Shown: positions 37,315-47,039, counted from the stretch's first letter. The stretch is DNA of 64,000 nt from an uncultured Bacteroidia bacterium (GCA_902791865.1 CADAXK010000004.1:320559-384558), one strand, 5' to 3'. Notes: generated by a model not told the origin, from the sequence alone. Numbers and translations are program-made.

Positions 37315-39948
37315 ATGAAACGACTGATTTCTCTCGCAATCGCAGCAACATTATTTTCTCTTGTCTCCTGCAAGAAGGACAACGAGCAACATTTTATTAC
37401 CGACGAGGCATATCGTTCTCAGGTAGAAACCGACTTTGAGGCACGCAAGGAACTTGCTCAAGGTCGCAGCACCGAACTTTTTTCGGTTTTCGACGATAAT
37501 CTTTCGCTCGAGGAAACCGAAGCCTTGAAATTCTTATACGCCTACATGCCCTACAGCGACCTTGCCGACTACGACGGCAATTTTTTCCTTGACCAAGTGA
37601 AATACGCATTCAAGGCACGCGACTTTTTCTCGTGGGGGAAAACTGTTCCAGAAGACATTTTCCGCCATTTTGTGCTTGTATATCGTGTCAACAACGAAAA
37701 CCTTGATACCGCCAGAATGTTCATTTTCAACGAGATAAAAGACCGTATAAAAGATTTGTCAATGTACGATGCTGCCTTGGAAGTAAACCACTGGTGCCAC
37801 GAAAAGGTATGCTACAGGGCTGCAGATGCACGAACTTCCGCGCCATTGGCAACAATACGGACCTCGTTCGGACGCTGCGGCGAAGAATCGACATTCACCG
37901 TTACAGCTCTGCGAGCCGTAGGCATTCCTGCACGCCAATGCTACACACCGCGCTGGGCACACACCGACGACAACCACGCCTGGGTGGAAGTATGGGTCGA
38001 TGGCCAATGGTATTTCCTCGGTGCCTGCGAACCCGATGCAAAACTCGACATGGGATGGTTTGCCGCTCCATCAACCCGCTGCATGATGGTACACTCGAAC
38101 GCTTTCGGCAAGTACAAGGGCGACGAGGAAATAAACTTCAGAGGAGAATTGTTCTCGAAAATCAACATGCTTCCCAACTACACCGATACCAAGAAGATAA
38201 CAGTGACAGTCACCGACGAAAGCGGAAACCTTGTAGAAAATGCCAAGGTTAAATTCAAACTTTACAACTATGCCGAATATTATCCTATTTCGTCTGGCGA
38301 AACAGACAGCGAAGGCAAGGCAAGCCTTACAACCGGACTTGGCGACCTGCTTATCTGGGCAAGCAAGGACGGCAAATACGACTATGCCAAGATTGATGTC
38401 AGGGAAAATGACGCTATAACATTGAAACTCAACCGTAAATCGGGAGAAGAATACGAAGAGGACATCGACATTGTTCCGCCGGCAGGAAAACCAGTAACTA
38501 CAAATGTCACTCCCGACGAAGCCGACAAAAACAACAAGCGACTGGCTTTCGAAGATTCGATACGCAACGCCTACCTAAAGACTTTCCCTACCGACGAAGA
38601 GATTGCCAAGATCACAAACGAAAACCTTACGGCAGAGCAAATCCACGAAATTGTTAAGAAAAGCGAAGGCAACTACAAGGAAATCATTGCCTTTATGGAT
38701 GCACATGCCGAAAAGAACGAAAATCTTTTCCTATACGACTTTATAAAATCATTGTCGGACAAGGATTTACGCGACTGCGAAGCCGAAACGCTCAACCAGC
38801 ATTTAGTTGAATACGACGGCAAATATCCAGTTGAAATTTTCAAGAAAGGCATTTTGCCAGCACGCATCGAAGTGGAGATGATTCGTCCGTGGAGACAGTT
38901 CCTAAGCGAAAATCTCGGGAAAATTCTTGGCGCAAATCCCTCCTACTCAGCCATTTTGGAATGGACAAAAGCCAACATCCAAACCGACACCGAAGGCAAT
39001 TATTTCAACTGCCCCATTTCGCCACGCGGAGTATTCGAACTTCGCCATGCCGACAGTCGCTCTCGCGACATTTTCTTCGTCGCAGCCTGCCGTTCGCTGA
39101 ATATTCCAGCATACCTAGACAATGCAACACGCCAGATTTTCGTTTACGACAACAACGACTGGCAGATTGTTGCCATGGAAGATGCAAAGCCAGCTGCAAA
39201 AACTGGCAAACTTGTCCTGAAATACAATGATACAGACGAACTTAAGCCGCAATACTGGACACATTACACCATTGCCAAGTTCGAAGATGGCGACTTTACA
39301 ACCTTCGACTACGAAGACGACCCGCGCGTTGCTGAGTTCCCTGTAGAACTTGAACTCGAAGAAGGCTACTACATGCTATCGACCGGCAACCGCTACAGCG
39401 ACGGCGAAGTTTTGTCACATCTTGTATTTTTCAACTTAAAGCAAGGCGAAACCACAGAGCAGGAACTGACAATCAAGCCATTGGTTCCACGTCAAGCCGA
39501 AACTTACGGAACTATCGCCGACGATACCGAAATTAAGATTGATAGCAAGACGGTAAATCTGAAATCAATGGCAAAGGACAAACCTCTGGTTCTCTGCTTT
39601 ATTGACCCCAACCGCGAACCGACCAAGCACACCCTGAAAGAATTTGGAGCAATGCGCGAAACCTATGAAAATTGGGGTGGCAATATACTGATGGTTGTCC
39701 CGCAGGAAAAACTTACCGAACCATTCTCGGCAACGAAATGGAATCTTCCAAAACAAACCATTATTGCCACCGACAGCAACGGTCTTATGGACAAGATTTT
39801 ACGCGACACAAAGCAGCAATACAACGACAATCCGCCACTAATTTTCATTGTTGATGCGGAAGGCAGACTGACTTTCCGTTCCGACGGCTACAGGATTGGC
39901 ACTGCGGAATTAATATACAAAGAACTTAACAGTTCTTCACAAGACTAA
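37315..39948 (+). CDS. Transglutaminase-like lipoprotein with C-terminal thioredoxin-fold-like domain
   Basis: The ATG at 37315 gives the lipobox MKRLISLAIAATLFSLVSC. Transglutaminase core GRCGEESTF...HAWVEVWVDG. The C-terminal PLVLCFIDPNREPTKH region looks thioredoxin/AhpC-like but has no CxxC. Confidence 0.75.
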   Translation: MKRLISLAIAATLFSLVSCKKDNEQHFITDEAYRSQVETDFEARKELAQGRSTELFSVFDDNLSLEETEALKFLYAYMPYSDLADYDGNFFLDQVKYAFKARDFFSWGKTVPEDIFRHFVLVYRVNNENLDTARMFIFNEIKDRIKDLSMYDAALEVNHWCHEKVCYRAADARTSAPLATIRTSFGRCGEESTFTVTALRAVGIPARQCYTPRWAHTDDNHAWVEVWVDGQWYFLGACEPDAKLDMGWFAAPSTRCMMVHSNAFGKYKGDEEINFRGELFSKINMLPNYTDTKKITVTVTDESGNLVENAKVKFKLYNYAEYYPISSGETDSEGKASLTTGLGDLLIWASKDGKYDYAKIDVRENDAITLKLNRKSGEEYEEDIDIVPPAGKPVTTNVTPDEADKNNKRLAFEDSIRNAYLKTFPTDEEIAKITNENLTAEQIHEIVKKSEGNYKEIIAFMDAHAEKNENLFLYDFIKSLSDKDLRDCEAETLNQHLVEYDGKYPVEIFKKGILPARIEVEMIRPWRQFLSENLGKILGANPSYSAILEWTKANIQTDTEGNYFNCPISPRGVFELRHADSRSRDIFFVAACRSLNIPAYLDNATRQIFVYDNNDWQIVAMEDAKPAAKTGKLVLKYNDTDELKPQYWTHYTIAKFEDGDFTTFDYEDDPRVAEFPVELELEEGYYMLSTGNRYSDGEVLSHLVFFNLKQGETTEQELTIKPLVPRQAETYGTIADDTEIKIDSKTVNLKSMAKDKPLVLCFIDPNREPTKHTLKEFGAMRETYENWGGNILMVVPQEKLTEPFSATKWNLPKQTIIATDSNGLMDKILRDTKQQYNDNPPLIFIVDAEGRLTFRSDGYRIGTAELIYKELNSSSQD

Positions 39949-39970
39949 TTTTGACTGATTACTTGGAAAA

Positions 39971-41545
39971 CTACATCAATTCTTCATCCAAATCGTTGAA
40001 GAAATGATATTCCATGTATGAATATGCCATCATTGGCAAGACTTCAATCTTGCATCCATATAACTTTTGCCATTGCTTACGCAACGACTTGAAAATACCT
40101 TTGTTAATATATGCCTCGACAAACGGATGCGTCCTAATTACAATCTTGTCAACCTGGTTTTTCCGGAGAATGTACTTCAACTGGTTTTCAATTTCATCGG
40201 TAAGGTTAAGGCTGGCTTGGATTTTACCAGTTCCGTTGCAACACGGACATGTTTCGGCGGTTTTCATATCGGTAGCAGGACGAACACGCTGGCGCGTGAT
40301 TTCCATTAGGCAGAATCGGCTCAACTGTGTAAGATGATACTTGGCACGGTCATTTGCCATGCATTCCTTCATCTTGTCATAAATGGCCTTCTTGCTATCA
40401 CTGCTATGCACATCAATGAAATCGACAACAATGATGCCGCCCATATCGCGAAGCCTTAACTGCCGTGCAATTTCTTCGGCGGCAATCAAGTTAACCTCCA
40501 ATGCATTTGTTTCCTGATCGTTCTTTGAGTTTGCCCTGTTGCCCGAATTTACATCAATGACATGCCCCGCCTCGGTATGGTCGATAACAATATACGCACC
40601 CGAACGCATAGGAACTGTACGACCAAAAGCGGTTTTTATTTGTTTTTCTATGCCATAATTGTCGAATATTGGAGTTCTGTCGGTGTATAGTTTAACAATC
40701 TTTGATTTCTCCGGGGCAATTTCAGAGATGAATTTCTTTACCTCATTATATAAATCGACATCATTAACGACAATCTGATGAAACGAAGAGTTGAGCATAT
40801 CGCGCAGAAATGCCGTAGTTCTATTCATTTCACCAAGAACGATATTGGGAGCCTCTACAGTAGACAAATGCTCAAACAAACTTTTCCACTTGTCGAGCAA
40901 TGAAGTAAGTTCCTTGTCGAGTTCAACAACATTCTTGTCCTGTGCAACAGTACGTACTATTGCGCCGAAATTTTTAGGAACCAAACCTTCAATCCAGCTA
41001 CGCAGACGCTTGCGTGTTTCAGTTGACTTTATCTTTTGGCTTACAGAAACCTTATCGGTAAATGGTAACAACACAAGGTTACGTCCCGCTATTGAAATTT
41101 CGCAAGTAAGGCGTGGACCTTTCGACGATATTGGTTCCTTGGCTATCTGCACGAGAACATATTCGCCGACCTTCAGCATATCGCTAATCTTACCACGCTT
41201 GTCGATTTCTGGTTCGGGCTTAAGATTGGTAAGTGCATTGACATTCTTTGTCATTCCCATCCTGACGAACTTCTTCAAAGTCAAGAAGCCAGAACCCAAG
41301 TCGAGATAATGCAGGAATGCATCCTTCCTATATCCCACATCAACGAAAGCGGCATTCAATCCGGGCATAAGCTTATTTACCCGTCCAAGATATATATCAC
41401 CGACAGAAAAATCAACATTGCTATATTCAGTGCTCAATTCAACAAGCCTCTTGTTGTTAAGCAAAGCAATATTGACTTCGGAGCTTCTTACATCCAGGAA
41501 TAACTCGCTACATACTTCCTCTTTCTCTACGTCAACTGCGTCCAC
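39971..41545 (-). CDS. rng: Ribonuclease G/E family endoribonuclease
   Basis: S1-like N-terminus GDIYLGRVNKLMPGLNAAFVDVG and a catalytic region with GGIIVVDFID. 524 aa. The exact start is uncertain. Confidence 0.85.
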   Translation of the reverse strand: MDAVDVEKEEVCSELFLDVRSSEVNIALLNNKRLVELSTEYSNVDFSVGDIYLGRVNKLMPGLNAAFVDVGYRKDAFLHYLDLGSGFLTLKKFVRMGMTKNVNALTNLKPEPEIDKRGKISDMLKVGEYVLVQIAKEPISSKGPRLTCEISIAGRNLVLLPFTDKVSVSQKIKSTETRKRLRSWIEGLVPKNFGAIVRTVAQDKNVVELDKELTSLLDKWKSLFEHLSTVEAPNIVLGEMNRTTAFLRDMLNSSFHQIVVNDVDLYNEVKKFISEIAPEKSKIVKLYTDRTPIFDNYGIEKQIKTAFGRTVPMRSGAYIVIDHTEAGHVIDVNSGNRANSKNDQETNALEVNLIAAEEIARQLRLRDMGGIIVVDFIDVHSSDSKKAIYDKMKECMANDRAKYHLTQLSRFCLMEITRQRVRPATDMKTAETCPCCNGTGKIQASLNLTDEIENQLKYILRKNQVDKIVIRTHPFVEAYINKGIFKSLRKQWQKLYGCKIEVLPMMAYSYMEYHFFNDLDEELM

Positions 41546-41570
41546 TTTCGCCTTTTCTTTTGATTTCTTT

Positions 41571-41607
41571 CAAAAAATCAAACCTTCGGAAATGTCTCCG
41601 AAGGTTT
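41571..41607 (-). terminator. Intrinsic terminator (minus strand) after the small basic ORF
   Basis: 11-bp stem AAACCTTCGGA/TCCGAAGGTTT (41580-41607) followed on the minus strand by a T-run (plus-strand A6 at 41572-41577). Confidence 0.65.
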
Positions 41608-41639
41608 GGATAAAATCTTAATTCAAAAAAAGAAAAATA

Positions 41640-41732
41640 CTATTTTTTCTTTTTATGTCTGTTCTTACGAAGACGTTTTTTCCTCTTGTGAGTAGACATT
41701 TTATGTCTTTTTCTCTTCTTTCCGCTTGGCAT
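41640..41732 (-). CDS. Unlisted 30-aa highly basic protein MPSGKKRKRHKMSTHKRKKRLRKNRHKKKK (possible small ribosomal-type protein, bS22/AURKAIP1-like composition)
   Basis: Hand translation of the minus strand gives ATG at 41732-41730 and TAG at 41642-41640. It lies 8 nt downstream of hup and is followed by an intrinsic terminator. It falls below the ORF-track length cutoff. Confidence 0.5.
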   Translation of the reverse strand: MPSGKKRKRHKMSTHKRKKRLRKNRHKKKK

Positions 41733-41740
41733 AATCGTAA

Positions 41741-42031
41741 TTATTTAACCTTGTTGTTATCCTTTACTTCTGCTACAAAAGATTTAGCCGGCTTGAAAGC
41801 TGGAATATTGTGAGCTGGGATTGTTATAGTTGTGTTCTTAGCCATATCCCTTGCAGTCTTTTCTGCTCTAGTCTTAACTACAAAACTTCCAAATCCTCTT
41901 AGAAATACGTCTTCGCCCTTAATCAAAGAACCTTTAACTGACTCCATGAAAGCTTCAACAGTCTTCTGGACTACCATTTTTTCGATTCCGGTATTTTCGG
42001 AAATTGCATTTACAATGTCTGCCTTAGTCAT
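41741..42031 (-). CDS. hup: HU family DNA-binding protein
   Basis: 96 aa. MTKADIVNAISENTGI... and ...RGFGSFVVKTRAEKTARD match the HU/IHF fold signature. Confidence 0.9.
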   Translation of the reverse strand: MTKADIVNAISENTGIEKMVVQKTVEAFMESVKGSLIKGEDVFLRGFGSFVVKTRAEKTARDMAKNTTITIPAHNIPAFKPAKSFVAEVKDNNKVK

Positions 42032-42096
42032 TTTCTTAATATTTAATTGTTTATAAATAATTTATCAATTCAATTCCCCATGATTTTTTGGGACTG

Positions 42097-42104
42097 CAAA
42101 TGTA
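42097..42104 (-). promoter_or_regulatory. -7 promoter box (TACATTTG on the minus strand) for hup
   Basis: The reverse complement of caaatgta matches TAnnTTTG, ~65 nt upstream of the hup ATG. Confidence 0.45.
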
Positions 42105-42164
42105 ATAACTTTTTTTGACTTACAAAAGATTTTTATTTTTTTTTTCATTTTGTGACCGTTTTTG

Positions 42165-43580
42165 TCACAAACCCTTACCAAGAATCACAATCTTCACCGT
42201 ATATATAAGGATTTTTATGTCCATGAGCAAAGATCGGTTCTCAATGTACAGTATGTCGTACTTTAGACGTTCGACCATCTGATCCACATTTTCTGCATAA
42301 CCATATTTCACTTGTCCCCAAGAAGTTATACCAGGACGAACCGACAACAAATGCAGGTAATGCGGTGCCTTCTGCACAATCTGCTGGATATAGAATTCGC
42401 GTTCAGGTCGAGGACCTACAAGACTCATATCACCACGCAGTACATTGAAGAACTGAGGAGTCTCATCCAGACGGGTTTTCCTCATAAACTTACCTATTTT
42501 TGTTATACGCGGGTCATCCTTCTTGCTCAACGCCGGTCCATTTTGCTCCGAATCGACATACATAGACCGAAACTTGTATATCTTAAACGGCTTATGATGA
42601 AGGCCAATACGCTCATGACTATAAATTACCGGTCCTGGCGAACTCATCTTAACGGCAATCGACAGCACCAAGTAAAGTGGCGACAAAACTATCATAGCCA
42701 GAAGACTCAGCACAATGTCGAAAAACCTTTTTGCAAAGAGCTGCCAAACAGGCATTATGTTCTGGTTGATCTGGATAAGCGGCATACCTATTATAGAAGA
42801 TATGCGCACCTTGCCAATTAGCATGTCGTACATGTCGGGGACAACCTTCACAGAAACATTCACGCCATACAACTTATTGATAATACGCGTTATCTTGCAA
42901 TGTTCCTTTGACTCTATGGCTATTACAATTTCCTCGATCTTGTACTTAGATATTATTTCACGGATATTGTCAACGCTTCCGAAATTAGGAACGAACTTTT
43001 CCATCTGGTAGCTGTCCTGCTCATCAACATATACGAACCCAATGAAATTTAGTCCTGACGATATTTTCTGCGACTCAAGTTCACGATATAATTCAACAGC
43101 CTTATCGTTGCTTCCAACCATAAGCGTATTGAATCGAAGCTTACGTGTATGAACGCGATTGTTGGTGACCGTAGTTATAATTACACGTGGAATGTATGTG
43201 AATGCGAACTGCATAAAAAGCAAAAGTCCGAACATACTGTAATATTGCTTGTAATTTCCAACCCAGTCGTCGAGGACGAAAACGAAGAACAGTATTACCA
43301 CTCCTATCAATGTAACAACCGCCGTAGTCCCAAGTTCGTGAACCCTCGACTTGCGGAACGGTGTACGATAGTATCCGCTCATAAGGTGAAGCAACAGCCA
43401 AAAGACAGGAATCGCCACCATCGACACATAGAATTTCCAGTCAAGGTCAACAGGAATCGAATATCCAAGGCGTAACGGCTCAACATAAAGCTTCCTATAG
43501 CAATAGAAAAGCCCCCATGTGGCTGCCGCCGCCAGATAATCGAACACTATATATTTCAAATTTTGCCTTGCCTTCCGCAT
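42165..43580 (-). CDS. Polyprenyl-phosphate sugar phosphotransferase (WbaP/bacterial sugar transferase family)
   Basis: N-terminal TM helices, a central Rossmann-like region, and a C-terminal domain with PGITSWGQV and ETPQFFNVLRGDMSLVGPRP motifs. Confidence 0.85.
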   Translation of the reverse strand: MRKARQNLKYIVFDYLAAAATWGLFYCYRKLYVEPLRLGYSIPVDLDWKFYVSMVAIPVFWLLLHLMSGYYRTPFRKSRVHELGTTAVVTLIGVVILFFVFVLDDWVGNYKQYYSMFGLLLFMQFAFTYIPRVIITTVTNNRVHTRKLRFNTLMVGSNDKAVELYRELESQKISSGLNFIGFVYVDEQDSYQMEKFVPNFGSVDNIREIISKYKIEEIVIAIESKEHCKITRIINKLYGVNVSVKVVPDMYDMLIGKVRISSIIGMPLIQINQNIMPVWQLFAKRFFDIVLSLLAMIVLSPLYLVLSIAVKMSSPGPVIYSHERIGLHHKPFKIYKFRSMYVDSEQNGPALSKKDDPRITKIGKFMRKTRLDETPQFFNVLRGDMSLVGPRPEREFYIQQIVQKAPHYLHLLSVRPGITSWGQVKYGYAENVDQMVERLKYDILYIENRSLLMDIKILIYTVKIVILGKGL

Positions 43581-43588
43581 TTCTTGTC

Positions 43589-44494
43589 TTAATTTTCGAG
43601 ATGCAACAACTTAATGTTATCTATATATATTTCTGAATTCTGGCCGACAGGACTTAGTGTATCAATTCTCACTGCAGTATAGAAAGGCTGGAACTGTCCG
43701 CAATTGGAACTGGAATTTGTAACTGCATAGTTCAAATTTATGTATATGCGTTTCCATTTTCCATCAGTAGGATACAAAGTCATTACATTCTCGCGGACTC
43801 CAGTTGTGGCAGTTGCACTTTCCACCACGCCAAACATTCCGAAGTTAAAGTAATCGTTGCACTTATAGCTCATCTCAAGGAATGTCACACCATTTTCCGA
43901 AATAGGATACACATTTGACGTACGGCATTCAAAATGTCCAGTATAGTCATCTTGCGGGATTTCAATCTTCATTGAAAGCCCTTCGAGTGCGCCATCCTGC
44001 GTAATTTCAAACCCATACGTACTTGAATCAGACTTCTCGAACTTGGAACCTAACTGGTCAAAACTCTCGACCAAGATGAAATTAACTCCCTGACGATAAG
44101 AATAATGTGGCGTTAAAACCATCGTAGTATTGGGTGTCAGCACCGTATCAATATAATAATTAGTCAACATGGTATACACATCCCTGTCGGCATCAAGTCC
44201 CGATGTCTTTATTCCCGGTTCAATTTCAACACGCACCTTGCCTGACGAAAGAACTGGAACCTCAAAAGGAATTTCGAAAACACCGATCAAATCCAACTTC
44301 TCCCCTTCTTTCGACTGTGCATATAGCCAGCAGTCGGAAATATTGTGCAAAGCCGAACCTTGCGACGGGTCAACAATGTCAACAAATGCCTCATCGACAC
44401 GGATATATGTAGGAACCCCCTCCATGGGGTCATTTTCTTTACACGAACAGAAAGCCAACGCAAACATGAACGCCAATAACAATATTCTCTTCAT
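43589..44494 (-). CDS. Hypothetical lipoprotein (301 aa)
   Basis: Lipobox MKRILLLAFMFALAFCSC. Located 8 nt upstream (in the minus-strand direction) of the sugar transferase gene. Confidence 0.6.
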   Translation of the reverse strand: MKRILLLAFMFALAFCSCKENDPMEGVPTYIRVDEAFVDIVDPSQGSALHNISDCWLYAQSKEGEKLDLIGVFEIPFEVPVLSSGKVRVEIEPGIKTSGLDADRDVYTMLTNYYIDTVLTPNTTMVLTPHYSYRQGVNFILVESFDQLGSKFEKSDSSTYGFEITQDGALEGLSMKIEIPQDDYTGHFECRTSNVYPISENGVTFLEMSYKCNDYFNFGMFGVVESATATTGVRENVMTLYPTDGKWKRIYINLNYAVTNSSSNCGQFQPFYTAVRIDTLSPVGQNSEIYIDNIKLLHLEN

Positions 44495-44596
44495 CCGTTA
44501 ACTATTCCTTTTTATAAAATTACAAGAAGGCAAAGGTAGATAAAATTTCCGAGAGACAGGCAAAGAATCAAATAAATTTCACGCACGAAGCTACAA

Positions 44597-44744
44597 AGGC
44601 TTGCAGGCGAACAGGCTAAAAGGCGAACAGGCGAACAGGCTCAAAGCCGAAAAGTCTATAAGGCAGTTAGACAGCCAGACTGATAGGCAGCATGACCGTT
44701 TGCCTGCCAGACTGCTAGCCTGTTAGACCGTTAAACTGTTAGCC
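44597..44744. repeat. 19 consecutive octamers with AG(G/A)C-NNNN periodicity
   Basis: aggcttgc aggcgaac aggctaaa aggcgaac aggcgaac aggctcaa agccgaaa ... agcctgtt agaccgtt aaactgtt. It contains ggcgaacaggctaaaaggc (44606-44624), the exact reverse complement of 31573-31591. Confidence 0.85.
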
Positions 44745-44745
44745 T

Positions 44746-45858
44746 TTATTCTTTCTTCGGTAACATTACAAACTCTGATACCTTAAACAATTCAACAGGC
44801 TTGGTACTATCTGGATATATTGCCATGATAGTCGGCTCGAAATCTTCAACATCAGCCATAAAATTTGCGATGTAAAGGAAAGTTCCGTCATCAAGCCATG
44901 CCATCGAAGGACCTTCATCATACGAAATATCAGTACCATCCAATACCATCTGGTATTTTCCGTCGAGACTTGCAATGCAGTACGGACCATGTGGAAAATC
45001 GCCCCACCCAGTAACAGCACCAAAGACAACCCTGTCGCCCTTGGGAGAAATTCCGCTAAAATTGAATTCTTCAGGAGTCGACTCAAACTTCATCTTGTTG
45101 GTAAGGCAAACTCCGCCGTCTCCCTCCGATCCGTAATAGTAGTTATACGACGAGCCTTCACTTTCTTCATCGTCATCATCAGCACCAGCCTCGTAAAAAC
45201 TGGAGTAAGTAATTATTTCATCATCTTCGTCTTCCTCATCGTTTGACGAGCTTTCAAAATAACGATACAGTTTTTCTGTATTCTGGGAAGTCACAAACTT
45301 GTGCGATTCATTGTCGTACACCTTTATCTTGGTAAACCAGTAACCATCCCAGCTGAAATCGTAGTTCACGCCGAAATATCTGCCGTCGTCACTCACCCTC
45401 AGCGCCGAATATGTACCGTATGTCTCGGTTATGCAATCATTACAGGACAAGTCCCAGTTGACAATGTGCTTTGGCGTTGGCTCTTCCGAATCGAAATCAA
45501 TATATTTCAACACCATGGAACTATCCTTGCATACCGAATAATACAAGCCCAAGGTTCCCGGCACAAAACTGTAATTTACGATTTCATCCGTTTCTCCTTC
45601 ATACATTATCGAATCCATGCGTTCAATACTGAAAAAACAGAACTTATTTCCTCTAAAATACATGAAATCACAATTGGCAATCTTCAGCGAGGTATCTTCC
45701 ACTATGCTGTCCTCGACAATGCTGTCGGCAACAACCTTATCATCCTTTTGCGCTTCTGCCTTGTCATTCGACTTGCACGAAAACGAAACAACAGACATCA
45801 TCAGCACTGCACCGAACAAAAAACCGCTTGCCAGATATTTTTCAAAATTCTTTATCAT
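44746..45858 (-). CDS. Hypothetical exported protein with an acidic low-complexity segment
   Basis: N-terminal hydrophobic signal or anchor with Cys. DEEDEDDE/DDDDEESE stretch. 370 aa. Confidence 0.6.
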   Translation of the reverse strand: MIKNFEKYLASGFLFGAVLMMSVVSFSCKSNDKAEAQKDDKVVADSIVEDSIVEDTSLKIANCDFMYFRGNKFCFFSIERMDSIMYEGETDEIVNYSFVPGTLGLYYSVCKDSSMVLKYIDFDSEEPTPKHIVNWDLSCNDCITETYGTYSALRVSDDGRYFGVNYDFSWDGYWFTKIKVYDNESHKFVTSQNTEKLYRYFESSSNDEEDEDDEIITYSSFYEAGADDDDEESEGSSYNYYYGSEGDGGVCLTNKMKFESTPEEFNFSGISPKGDRVVFGAVTGWGDFPHGPYCIASLDGKYQMVLDGTDISYDEGPSMAWLDDGTFLYIANFMADVEDFEPTIMAIYPDSTKPVELFKVSEFVMLPKKE

Positions 45859-45956
45859 ACCTATTTATAATTAATCAAACAATGTTTAAATTTTTTGCAA
45901 AGATAAAATATTATTTACGATTTACGATTTTAGATTTACGATTGAACTATTGAATT

Positions 45957-46031
45957 GTTGAATCGCGCCATGGCGCGATTCAACAAGAAACGGCGTAGCC
46001 ACAGAAAGTACAGACGCAAAATTTTGCGTCT
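45957..46031. repeat. Perfect palindromes (28 nt at 45957-45984, 20 nt at 46012-46031) downstream of the minus-strand gene at 46071
   Basis: gttgaatcgcgccatggcgcgattcaac and agacgcaaaattttgcgtct. They are flanked by the direct repeats aca(a/g)gaaacggcgt(c)agcca. A 7-nt periodic run atttacg x4 precedes them at 45913-45940. Confidence 0.7.
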
Positions 46032-46070
46032 CAACAGAAACGGCGTCAGCCATATAAACGGGCTTTTGCC

Positions 46071-47039
46071 CTAAAATCCCAATTTTATCTTGTCCTTTAT
46101 CTTCTTCACCACCTCGTAGGTCTTGAGAATGGTATCGACATTGACTTCGGGCGACTTGTTATAAAGGATTGATTTTGCGAAGGATGTAAACTCGTCGTAA
46201 TAGACATTGTTTGGCCGCACCATAATCTGCTCGACACTCAAATCGCCTACAGACTTGCTGAAAAACGACGGATCGTCCACATCACCACGTTTTTTCACCA
46301 GCGATGCCTTGTTTGCTAGCATGTCGATATTGGTATAGCTGTCGCGGCAGTAGAAAGTCATCTTGTGCGAATCGTCCTCGGCGATACGGCTTGCTACGAA
46401 ATGCGCCACGCAACCGTTGTAGAACTCGATGCGAGCATTTATGACATCTGGAGCGACCGATGGCATCTGCGTTATGGCAGAAGCACTTGCATAGATGTTC
46501 TTCACATTCGACTTCACCACGCTCAACACAATGTCGACATCGTTTATAAGCATATCCATCAGCACCGAGCAATATTCGTTACTGGTGTTGAAACGCCTAT
46601 GGTTTACCGACTGAATGAATCGTGGCGAAACAATGAACGGCTTTGCCGAAAGAAAAGTATTGTTGAAACGATGGTGGAAGCCCGCCTGCACCTTTACATT
46701 AGCCTCATCAACTATGCTCGACAACTTGGTGACATCGGTACTGCAATATGATGAAGCAGGCTCGAAAAACACATGTTTCGACGACTTTACCAATGTTTTT
46801 ATCTCTTCAAGACTTGTTGCAGGCGAAACGGCGATTACCGCATCTACATTATTGAGGAATGTGCCTTCCTCGTCGAACTCGCGCAGATGCAATTTGGTGT
46901 CGCCATGCTCTGGCTTTGCCGAATACATGCCAACGACATCCAGTTCGGCCACATCGAGAATGTTCTCCACCATTCCCACAGTGCTCGAATCAATGCTTCC
47001 GTAAACGCCAGTCCTTATCATTCTTAAAATTTGATGCAC
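46071..47039 (-). CDS. Probable NAD(P)-binding oxidoreductase (Gfo/Idh/MocA-like)
   Basis: The N-terminal MIRTGVYGS...VVGMYS pattern resembles a Rossmann beta1-loop. The start may be the internal Met at 47021. The call is weak. Confidence 0.5.
   Translation of the reverse strand: MHQILRMIRTGVYGSIDSSTVGMVENILDVAELDVVGMYSAKPEHGDTKLHLREFDEEGTFLNNVDAVIAVSPATSLEEIKTLVKSSKHVFFEPASSYCSTDVTKLSSIVDEANVKVQAGFHHRFNNTFLSAKPFIVSPRFIQSVNHRRFNTSNEYCSVLMDMLINDVDIVLSVVKSNVKNIYASASAITQMPSVAPDVINARIEFYNGCVAHFVASRIAEDDSHKMTFYCRDSYTNIDMLANKASLVKKRGDVDDPSFFSKSVGDLSVEQIMVRPNNVYYDEFTSFAKSILYNKSPEVNVDTILKTYEVVKKIKDKIKLGF

Noticed and set aside
31393-44744. Idea that the two related repeat mosaics (31.4 kb and 44.6 kb, inverted) are terminal repeats of a 13-kb mobile island.
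   Set aside because: The interval contains core housekeeping genes (RNase G, HU, sugar phosphotransferase) and no integrase or transposase. The shared sequence is short (a 19-mer plus words). I treat the two as dispersed related repeats.
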